Source: Neocallimastix sp. 'constans'
Taxonomy: Eukaryota
Direction: 5' to 3'
Length of the DNA stretch: 64,000 nucleotides
Assembly (NCBI GenBank): GCA_050613775.1
Contig: JBODTK010000013.1
Coordinates: 1,302,001 to 1,366,000, forward strand
The translations under genes and the position numbers were made by a program. Shown here one piece after another: positions 45,821 through 56,617 of this stretch. Position 1 is the first letter of the stretch, and every line of letters begins with the position of its first letter. The notes below the pieces were generated by a model. It was not told the DNA's origin, searched no databases, and saw only the letters and a program-made list of their open reading frames with translations.

Positions 45821-46371
45821 TTTATAATATTATTTATTATATTTGTATTAATATATATATATATTAATTTTTATTTTGTTTTATTTTATATCTAAAGCTT
45901 AAATACTGCAGTTGATACAGAAAGATTCTGATATAACCATTAGAAAAAAAGATTTTAAGTTAAATTTTTCTTTTATGAGGTTTAAATTACTCAATAAACC
46001 TTGATTTGGCGCTATTGATAAACCCTTGAGCCATTGGACCTAGAAACCTTGGCTAGTTGTTTTATTCGAGATTTTCTTTATTGTTGGTTCGAATTCAGGA
46101 GTTTTTCTTGATAGGATTGGCTACACACAGTTCCTTTCTTTAACAATCAATTAATACAAAATTAAACATAATATAAAAATATATAGTATTCTTTTAACTT
46201 ATATTAATTCATAAATATAATTAATGATTTATTTAATATTATATTAAATATTTATTTTAATTACAATTAAACTTTTATTTAGTTAAATAGTTTTTATAAA
46301 ATATTTTGTTGTTTATATAAATTAATAAGTATATTATTTCTATAATCATATAAATCTTTAACCTTTTTAAA

Positions 46372-46556
46372 TATTATCACCATGCTTATTAAAGGTTCTT
46401 TTTAAATGTTATCACCATGCTTATTAAAGGTTCTTTTTAAATATTATCACCATACTTATTAAAGGTTCTTTTTAAATATTATCACCATGCTTATTAAAGG
46501 TTCTTTTAAATATTATCACCATGCTTATTAAAGGTTCTTTTTAAATATTATCACCA
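46372..46556. repeat. About 35-bp tandem repeat x5 at the broken end of an RT fragment
   Basis: TATTATCACCATGCTTATTAAAGGTTCTTTTTAAA at 46372, 46407, 46442, 46477 and 46511. Confidence 0.92.
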
Positions 46557-47342
46557 ATAGAGATGCCATATTTATTACAATTATTAAAAATATCATTAAT
46601 GAATAAGTTAAACAAAATTGGTGAGAGGGGACAACCTTGACGAACTCTTTTCTTAATATTAAATGATTCCGATCATTGTCCATCAACTCTTACACAAGCC
46701 TTGGAAGATAAGTATAAATTTTCAATAAAATTATAGCACTTACCTCTAATACCTAAGTGATGAATCTTCATTAATACATTATATATGGGCACTGAGTCAT
46801 ACGCATTTTTAAGATCCAAAAAAGCAAGGTAAGCTTCCTTATTTTCAAATTTCCTTCTCTGACATATAATTTTTAATGTAGTGTAAAGACTTATACATTC
46901 CTCTCGATTACGAAATCCATATTGTTCAGGTCTTATAAAACCTTCATCAATTCCATATTTAGAGATTCTATTAGCTATGATTTTTGCTATAATTTTTAAT
47001 CCATTATTGATAAGAGAGATGCCACAATAGTTATTACAATCTGATGGATCGTCCTTTTTATGAATAGAAACTATTGATGCATTATTCCATAATTTTGGGA
47101 AATCACCATTCCAAATACGATTGAATAAGGCTTTGAGACATTTAAAGCCAGATGAAATGTTACTATTATTATCACTTGATCCTTCTGAATCATTTTTTTT
47201 AGACAGGGAAGAGAATACACTTCCATAACTTAATTATTTTATTATAAAAAAAAGTACATGTAGGTGGTTGCTTTGCAAATTTCTTCATCGCTAATACCTT
47301 GATTAATATCCCATTCTTGTTGCCTTAGTCTTCCCAAATTCC
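46557..47342 (-). mobile_element. LINE reverse-transcriptase fragment of a second, related family, with an internal deletion
   Basis: EWDINQGISDEEICKAT ... FKCLKALFNRIWNGDFPK ... DPSDCNNYCGISLIN ... FIRPEQYGFRNREECISLY ... YLAFLDLKNAYDSVP ... VRQGCPLSPILFNLFIND; ends before the FADD motif. Confidence 0.88.
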
Positions 47343-47499
47343 TTTTTTTTTTTTTTTTTTTTTTTTATAGCCGCAATTATTGCGAACTTTAATCTTTATT
47401 TATTTATTCTTATTTAAAATACATGAATACTTTTAATTTTAATAAAAAATAAAAAAACACAGAATTAATAAATAAATAAAAAAAATTATTTGTCCAATT

Positions 47500-48490
47500 A
47501 ATAGATTTTAGATTTTGCAAATAATCGATTTTATCCGGTATTAATGATATAATATTTATAAATTTACACAAGGGTTAGAAATTTATTGATACAAAATTAC
47601 TTGTAAATACTGTTAAAATGAATAATCGCTTCTTTTTATCTTTTGATTGATTGTAATTCTTTCAATTAATAAAGCACTTTAAGATGTTAAAAATTTTCTG
47701 TTGAATAATCATAAATTAGCTAAAAGTATATTTAAAAAAGAAAAAATATTAGTAGAGAAAGACTATAAAAAAGATTCCCATCCGTTAAATAATGTTTTAA
47801 GCACAAACTTTGGAGTGAATTAATCTCCTACATTTTCATTTTACAATATCTATATGAAAGTATAAATAATACTATAGAAAAATACATATACAAAATAATG
47901 CTAAAGTAAAAAATACAATAGATTCATTACAATGATAATATGCAGAAACTACTTGATATTATTAATTATACAACTCCAATGTTACTACATATCCAGTTTA
48001 AAACAATATAAAACATCAGGTTCACTTTCTACAGTCTTCCAGTATTCCAGTTTTCTCTCTTCGTACTAGAAGCCACTTTAGAAAGGATAACTATCGATTA
48101 TCATCAGAATCACAGAAAGCTGTAATTAGTACACCTGATATAGGTTATTCCTTTTCCATCAACCCTCCATGGACCTGGAAAAACAGTCCACGTCATTGGG
48201 GAGAATTGAGAAGTAGTTACTTGAGAATATTTCATTTTTCTCTTCATTACACATGTGTTGGGACCATTTGAATCTTCTAGAAGGGGTAGGAGCACGAAAA
48301 CCTTCTGAGTCATCTTTCTTACAGGAAAGGATAAGAGGGAAGTGGTCAGATATATCATTGAATGTACTACAAACAGATACCTTATTAATGTATTCCTTCA
48401 TTTTATAATTAAATAAATTTTTTTTAGACAGGGAAGAGAATATACTTCCAAAACTTTATTAATTTTATTTTAAAAAATACATGTAGGTGA
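47500..48490. repeat. Direct-repeat cassette copy 1 (about 700-bp block + LINE-derived insert + 65-bp module)
   Basis: 47500-48201 aligns by eye with 53022-53730; 48428-48490 aligns with 53836-53899. Confidence 0.9.
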
Positions 48491-48528
48491 AAAGTACATT
48501 TGAAATTAAAAATAAAAAATAAAAAAAT

Positions 48529-48532
<4 letters not shown>

Positions 48533-48564
<32 letters not shown>

Positions 48565-51500
48565 CTTAGAGAATAACTTTATTTAATTTATAATAATAAT
48601 AAAATTACATGAATTAAATGAAAAAATAACAAATAAAATACATGAAATAAAATATTATATATTATAATTTTATAAAAGTGCGTTAGAAGCAATAGCCTCT
48701 AACTTTTCCCATTCCTTGATAATAACACCACGTCCATTATTGCGAGTAATAATTTCAGTATTAGTGTTATCAATCGAATCTGTATCTGGAGGTGAAAATC
48801 CATGCCTTATCACTTCGACGTCGACGCTCTTGGTAACGGTAGATTCAACGGAATACCATTTCATCATCAAACTAAAAGATCGACAAATTAATGGTATTAC
48901 GTTTGTTAGAAACTCCGCAATCCCCACAAAATACGGAACAGTTGACGAAGTTGAACTTTGTTTAAAAATATTGTCAACTAATTGTCTTTGTTCCCCATCA
49001 TTAACTTTAATTTTTGAATATATTGAACGCCCACCAAGAAGAGCATTCAATATAAAATAATAAATATTATTATCATAATCCTTTTCTGAATCTAAAGAAA
49101 CATCCAAGGATTTTTGTTCAATTATCATTGCAAACTTCAAAAAGAGATTATCTAGAAAAGGTAAAGATTTATTTCTGTAATTTTCCAATTCTTTACAGGC
49201 AAAGATCCAGTGAGAAAAGCTAGGTACACTAACACCACAACAAGGGCAACATTTAGGGCAATCTTCTGAGACGATTTTTCTTTTAATGGAAATACTAATG
49301 TCGAATTTAAAACCACATCTAATTCGAGAAATCCAAAAGAATCCCAACTGATACTTAGGATATTGAAATGTTAAGTTTCTGATTTCTGAAATAAATCCAA
49401 AATCATTCTCCTTGTAAATAATTGCTTTTTTAGCTTTTGAGGGTTTGAAGACATCCCTTTCCCAATAAAACTTTTTTATTTCACTTGTTTTCTTACCATT
49501 TAATTTCTTATCCAAAGTCCTTGATTCTTTAGTCCATGAGTAATGTGACATAGTAGGAATATTATTAGTGAGATGATTAATAATACATGATGAGTTTTTC
49601 CATTTTCTAAAGCATCGTAATTGAGATATAGCACAGACAGCTGAAAGAGGAGGTATTCTCAATTCACGAGTAATATTATAGAGACTAACAGAAGAATTGC
49701 GAGATTTAAATCAGTAACTCCAATAAAGTCCTCTATTAATAATTTTTTGAGCTTTAGAACATCTGCTCTTATTTGAATCAAAGAGAGGAGCATAATATAT
49801 AACATGACTAAGAATAAACAAAATTAAAATATATTTCTTCAATGGGAGAGGAACAGATTTATTAATAAGAAATCGAAAGTACAAATTTAACTTGACATTT
49901 AAATCACTGTTTAATTTGGATTGTATAGGTTTCAGTGATAAAGATTCATCAAAAGGAATACCAAGATAGGTATAGTTGTCAGTTTTAGGTAATTTGTTAC
50001 TACCAATAAAGAAAGATGGATCTTCATAGTTTATCGATTTAACAAAGTTAATCGGTTTTGCAACAAGAGTAGCATACTTATTAATTCCAAAAGTCATTTC
50101 ATTTTTAATAGCCCATTCATGAAATTTATTCAAAATTTTCTTAAGAGCTTGTTTAGATGGAGCAACTAAAACAATATCATCCGCAAAAAGTCCACCACAA
50201 CAATATTGAGAATCTAAATATACACCATACTTATCACAATTATCCAGTACATCATTAATGAACAAATTGAATAAAATAGGAGATAGAGGGCATCCTTGTC
50301 TAACACCACGATTAATCGAAAATTCTTCTGAGAGATTACCATTAAAAAAAGCACTAGCTTTAGAAGATAGATAAAGATTCTTTAAAAACAGATGACATTT
50401 ATCTCTAATTCCTAAATTATATAATTTGGTCAAAATATTAAAGATAGGTACTGAATCATAGGCTTTTTTAAGATCGAGAAAAGCAAGATAAGTAAAATTT
50501 CCTTGAAATTTTCTTTTTTGACATATCTCTCTAATTGAAATATATAAACTTATGCATTCTTCTTTATTTCTAAATCCAAATTGTTCAGGTCTAACAAATT
50601 TATGTTCAAGGGCATATTTAGCAATTCTATTAGTAACAATCTTTGAAATAATTTTTAAGCCAACATTAATAAGAGAAATACCACGATAATTATTACAATC
50701 CGAAAGATCTCCTTTTTTTGGAATTGATATTATAGAAACCGAATTCCACTCTTCAGGGAAATCACCATCCCAGATTTTATTAAATAATGAAAGTAAACAT
50801 TTAGCACACTTAGAGTAGTGATCATCTGAAGAATCATCTTGATTATCGGATAAATCAGATTTACTAAAGAAGGCTTTAAAAAATTCAATCGGAATACCAT
50901 CGGGTCCAGGAGCTTTATTATTTTTCATTTCAAGCACAGTGTTTTGAATTTCTTCCATAGTAATAGAATCATTAATATCCCAAGTAGGATTATTATTAGG
51001 ATTAGTTCCAAATAAACTTACCCAGTATTCATTATCCAAACTGTGTTGAGTAACATCAGAAGCTAGTTCACTGTAATGTTCAGCAAATCGATTTAATTGA
51101 TCTGAATGAGAAAATAAAAAGTTACCCTGCTTGTCCTTTAAAACACTTGACGAAATAGAATAGAGTACATAGGGTGAGATAGCTTCTTTAATTTTAACCA
51201 AGCACTCCTAGCATTTTTATTACGAAAATCATTACATGCAGATTCTATTGACTGATGAAATTGTTTTGATTTAATAGAAAACTTAATTGACCTGACTTTA
51301 CGACATATATTTTTATACTCACGAAGCAAATTTAAAAATTCATCAAGGTTTTCAAGATTAGAACTTAAAGAAAAATTTTTGATTTCATTAAATGTAACAT
51401 GCTTTTCATGAGAATGTTTCTTGATATAATAAGGGCAGTGGAAAGCTGATCCTTTAAGATCACAAGGAACTCTAGCATGAACTTTATCACCAACTTTATT

Positions 51501-52793
51501 AGCTGTTTCTATAAATTTATTGACCATTTCATTAGAACTTAATTCTTTATTATCATCAAATTCATTAAGAAGAATTGAGAAGTAGTTACTTGAGAATATT
51601 TCATTATGCTTTTCATTGCACATGCGTTGGGACCATTTGAATCTTCTAGAAGGAGTAGGAGCACGAAAACCTTCTGAGTCATCTTTCTTACAGGAAAGGA
51701 TAAGAGGGAAGTGGTCAGATATATCATTGAATGTACTACAAACAGATACCTTATTAATGTATTCCTTCATTTTACAATTAAATAAAACATGATCAATACA
51801 AGACGATCTACCATCACGAGCCCATGTGAAATCGAGACCAGATAAGTTTTTAGTTAACCACTGATAAGATGATTTATTAAGTAAACTATCTAATTGGGAT
51901 TTAGACATATTAAAGTCACCTACAAGAATAGAAGGTGTATTAGTATGTTTCTTTATCCAATTAATAATTTCTGAAAAGGCATTCTTTCTTTCTTCCTTAT
52001 GAGTGACAGTAGGAACATAAATATTACCAATAGTGCATTTAATTCCCCAAAAAGAAGTAATGTTGACAGAAATGATATACTTATATTCAAAGGGATCAGG
52101 AGAAAATGAAAATGAACGATGTACACTTATACTAAGACCTCTCATACTGGGTATATTTGGATCAGCTTTACGTAAAATTGTATTATAGTGACAAAGAAAT
52201 GGGTAATTATTTGAATGTGCATTAAGGTATTGGCTATTATCGATCTCTTGCAAGCAACTACAGATGGGTTTAAAAATTTCATTAAAGAATCGAATACCAT
52301 CACGTTTTTCATCATTCCATCCATTAATATTCCAACTGACACAAAGATTAAAGAACTGAGTAGACGGTGAATAAATATTACTATAAAGAAAATCTTTAGC
52401 CATTGATTTAGTTTCAAAAGAAGAAAATTTGTTGTTAAATTTCTTAACTTCACGGAAAGTTCTGATTTTGTCGGTTTGGATCCAATTAATTTTATTGATT
52501 GGAAGGCAATGGGTAAGAAGAAATAAAATATTTAGGTAATAAGTGGGTTTATCATAGTTTATCCTTAAAATGAAGTAATTTTCCATATTAGGTGTGTGTG
52601 TTTTTATAATTCCATGAACTATTTCATTGCAATTGGAAATACGTTTACTAAGAAATTCCCAAAGTTTACTAACAGACCATGATTGAAGATCATGAATAAA
52701 GATGAGAATGAAATCTTTATTCTGAATATCGTATCTTCGAAGACCACGTCGCAAAACAGGTATAGTTGCTGAATTTGAAGAAGTATTATCCAT
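48533..52793 (-). mobile_element. Near full-length non-LTR retrotransposon (APE endonuclease - RT - C-terminal CCHC), disrupted by two frameshifts, with poly-A tail
   Basis: ORF 51138-53093: SWNING, LQE, NIYVP, GDFN, IDH, SDHFP. ORF 49711-51201: KAPGPDGI, LDLKKAYD, GVRQGCPLSP, FADD, YLG. ORF 48670-49662: CPCC...HWIFAC. T-run at 48533-48561. Likely start MDNTSS at 52793. Confidence 0.95.
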
Positions 52794-53021
52794 ATCAAGA
52801 AAGCCTAAAAAATAAAATAAAAGAAGAATAAAATAAAAATAATAAAAATAATAAAAAAAATAGATAAAAAAATTTTTTTTTTTTTTTTTATATATATATA
52901 TATAATAAAATAAATTAAAAAATAAAAGAGAAAGTAAATTCTCTTTAAATAGTAAAAAAAAAAAAAAATATTGGTGTTGAATATTTGAAAGCTTGAAATA
53001 TAAAATTGTTCTTGATGATTG

Positions 53022-53899
53022 AATAGATTTTAGATTTTGTAAATAATTGATTTTATCCTGTATAACTGATATAATATTTATAAATTTACTCAAGGGTTAG
53101 TAATTTATTGATACAAAATTACTTGTATATTTGTATATACTGTAAAAATGAATAATTGTTTCTTTTTATCTTTTGAATGATTGTAATTCTTTCAATTAAT
53201 AAAGCGCTTTAAGATGTTAAAAATTTTCTGTTGAATAATCATAAATTAGCTAAAAGTATATTTAAAAAGAAAAAATATTAGTAGAGAAAGACTATAAAAA
53301 AGATTCCCATCCGTTAAATAATGTCTTAAACACAAGCTTTGGAGTGAATCAATCTCCTACATTTTCATTTTACAATAGCTACATGAAAGTATAAATAATA
53401 CTAAAGAAAAATACATATACAAAATAATGCTAAAGTAAAAAATACAATAGATTCATTACAATGATAATATGTAGAAACTACATGATATTATTAATTATAC
53501 AACTCCAATGTTACTACATATCCAGTTTAAAACAATATAAAACATCAGGTTCACTTTCTACAGTCTTCCAGTATTCCAGTTTTCACTCTTCGTACTAGAA
53601 GCCACTTTAGAAAGGATAATCATCGATTATCATCAGAATCACAGAAAGCTGTAATTAGTACACCTGATATAGGTTATTCCTTTTCCATCAACCCTCCATG
53701 GACCTGGAAAAACAGTCCACATCATTGGGGAATTAAAAATATTTAACTAATATATTATCTCAAAGAAAAAAATTTTTAATTTTAAAATTTCTAATTTTAA
53801 TTAATTACTTATTAATGAAAATATATTGAAATTCAACAGGGAAGAGAATACACTTCCAAAACTTTATTAAATTTTATTTTAAAAAATACATGTAGGTGA
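53022..53899. repeat. Direct-repeat cassette copy 2 (about 700-bp block + host-derived insert + 65-bp module)
   Basis: Same block as 47500-48201, ending ...CAGTCCAC(A/G)TCATTGGGG; insert 53731-53833 equals 56226-56328. Confidence 0.9.
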
Positions 53900-55193
53900 A
53901 GACAATCTTCTGAAACTCTACCCATTCTAATAGCAATAGTAGTATTGTATTTATAACCACGGCGTAAACGTTCAAGACATTTATACCTATCCCATCTTAC
54001 AAATTTTTTTTTTTTTTTTTTTTTTTGGTATCAAAAATAATTTATTATAATAATTACGAATTTCAAAATATACACAAAATTTATATATATATACACAAAA
54101 CACTACTACTTTAATTTCTCCTTTTTTTTTTTTTTTTTTGTTAGTTTATTTATTTATTTCCCTTTTTTTTTTTATTTTTTATTATTTTTTTTTTTTATTT
54201 TTAAATAAACGATTAAAATTTTACTTTTTCATAAGTTTTAAAATTTTATATTTTAGTAATATAATTTTTAACATAATTCGCATATTATTAAAAAATCCAT
54301 TTCATAAAAAGGACTTTTCATAATACATTTTCTATAAAAAAAATAAATAAATAAATAAATAAAAAATGAAAATAATAAATATTTTTTTTTTTTTTTTTTA
54401 AATATATATTATTAAATCAAATAGTAGTTCAATAATTATAATAAAAAAAAAAAATTAAACCTAATAAACTAATCATTATTTATTACATTATAATTAAATA
54501 TTTTCAATTTAATATCACTTTTTAGTGTTTATAAATAATTTTTAATTGAATTTATTAATGTTTAATTTTTCTTTTTTATTATAAAATGTTCCTCTTTTAT
54601 TTCTTCTATTTAACAATATATATTTATTGCAAATTTATTTTTTTATTATAATATTAAAAAAAAAGGATTAATAGCATTATAGAAACTTTTTTTTTTATTT
54701 AATAAAATAAAAAAAAATAACTATATTATTTTTTTTATAATATATTGCGATGCATATCTTATTAACAAAATGAAAAAAAAGAAATTAAAGAATCCATGAG
54801 ATTTTATAATATTTAAAATGTTTTTTTTTTATTATTATTATTAAACTTACAAATTTATTTCTACTTTCAAAGATTTCCCCTTATATGGAAATTCATAAAT
54901 AAAAATAAATATGTAATTTAAAAATACTTCAAAAAAAAAAATTAAAAACTTTATAAACAAATATATATTAAAAACTCTCTAAAATTAAAAAAATAAATAC
55001 TAAAATAAATAAAAATATTAAATTAAATAAATTGCGATTTGTTGATTAACTTGCGTAATTGATTAAGATTAATAAATTTAAAAAGAATTATATTTTTAAA
55101 CTTTTTATCATTAGTTTAAAATATTTAATCCTTTTTCAATTATACAAACTTTTATCAAAAATTTTTATTGTAATTGATATACGTTATTTAAAT

Positions 55194-56081
55194 TTATTTA
55201 ATGTAAATGTAATCAAAACTCATTTTACCATCAGTAGCTCTAACTTGAATAATATTTTCTCCACTCTTGAATCTTACGCCTTCAATAGTTAACTTCTTCC
55301 ATTCACTACCAGTCTTTCCAAACTTAACCTTGTAAACATTACTATCATTAACAACAATTCTATTTTCCTTACTACTTGAACTACTGTTGTTATACTTTAT
55401 AATAATGTTATATTTACCAGACTTTCTCAAATCTACCTTTGCAGCAACACTAGATCTTGTTCCTGATTTTGAATATGGGCTACCAATGTAAATGTATCCA
55501 CTACCAGAGTAGTACTTAATATCATATCTCTTACTTACATCACCATGGCGAGTACCCTTTTCTAATTGAATATAGATACCACCAGCAGATACTGTTGAGG
55601 AAGAAGATGATGATGATGATGAAGTTGAACTACTACTTGAAGATGGACAGGCAAATTTGCTTGGACCATCAACAATACACCAACTAGCTTGTCTTAAGAC
55701 ACCTTGACTTAAATGATCTCTACTTAAATATCTAAATGCTTCTACACTAAGATCAATATTACCATATCCACAGGAATGACATTTATCAACAACTAAAGCA
55801 GTAAGACTTCTTCCAGTTTCAGCATTACTAATCTTTATTTTCTTACCACAATAACTGCTTGCATTGCTTTTACTAAGAATTTCAGCTGTAATTGCAACAT
55901 AATAATCAACACCTGTTAAATATTTATCAACTTTACTACTGTAATCCTGACAGAATGGATCTTTAACAGAATCTTCATCACCTGGACCACCATAGTAGGT
56001 CATCCTACTAGCTTTATAATAACTAGCACTAACAATAGATAATAAAGAAGCAGTTAAAGTAAATAAATTATATAATTTCAT
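55194..56081 (-). CDS. Secreted loosenin/expansin-like DPBB protein with Ser linker and C-terminal CBM35/CBM6-like module; intronless, 295 aa
   Basis: Signal peptide MKLYNLFTLTASLLSIVSA. DPBB motifs MTYYG, YVAI, CGKKIKI, VVDKCHSCGYGNIDLSVEAF. Poly-Ser linker. C-domain IQLEKG...YSGSGYI...GKYNIIIKYNN...VVND...W...FKSGENIIQV...FDYIYI is typical of the CBM35/CBM6 fold. Confidence 0.88.
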   Translation of the reverse strand: MKLYNLFTLTASLLSIVSASYYKASRMTYYGGPGDEDSVKDPFCQDYSSKVDKYLTGVDYYVAITAEILSKSNASSYCGKKIKISNAETGRSLTALVVDKCHSCGYGNIDLSVEAFRYLSRDHLSQGVLRQASWCIVDGPSKFACPSSSSSSTSSSSSSSSSTVSAGGIYIQLEKGTRHGDVSKRYDIKYYSGSGYIYIGSPYSKSGTRSSVAAKVDLRKSGKYNIIIKYNNSSSSSKENRIVVNDSNVYKVKFGKTGSEWKKLTIEGVRFKSGENIIQVRATDGKMSFDYIYIK

Positions 56082-56555
56082 CTTGATTTTTTAAATAATC
56101 AAATTAATAAATTGATTTTTTAAATTATTGTATTAGTTTTATCTATTCCTTCGAATTAAAATAAAGAATTAAAATAATATTATTAATTTAGTTTAATTTT
56201 TTGATTGATTGTTTCTTTCTATATTAATTAAAAATATTTAACTAATATATTATCTCAAAGAAAAAAATTTTTAATTTTAAAATTTCTAATTTTAATTAAT
56301 TACTTATTAATGAAAATATATTGAAATTGAAAAAAAAAAAAAGGAAGTCACAATCAGTTCCTTTTATATAAAAAAAAATTTTTTTAATAATATTTATAAA
56401 ATTAATTTAATATATAGGGAATTGATATTAAAAAAAAATTTTTTTTATATTTTTTATTTATTTCTTATTATTATTATTTATTTAAAATATTTAATATTAA
56501 AGAATAAATATTTAAATTATTTTATTTATTTATTTAAAATATTTAATATATTTTA

Positions 56556-56617
56556 AATATATATGAAAGAGTTTAAATATATATGAAAGAGTTTAAATAT
56601 ATATGAAAGAGTTTAAA
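56556..56617. repeat. 20-bp tandem repeat x3
   Basis: AAATATATATGAAAGAGTTT repeated. Confidence 0.85.

Noticed and set aside
52794..53093. N-terminal 100 aa of the 651-aa ORF
   Set aside because: Low-complexity poly-F/K read-through that extends into the cassette repeat; the real start is more likely Met at 52793.
53605..53645. CTGATGA followed by a hairpin on the minus strand of the cassette block, as a possible hammerhead ribozyme
   Set aside because: The required GAAA after stem II is absent; the sequence continues CTTTC.
53630..53690. GKGITY / LITAFCDSD resemblance to a copia RT-RNase H junction
   Set aside because: Needs a frameshift, is very short, and no other copia motifs were seen.
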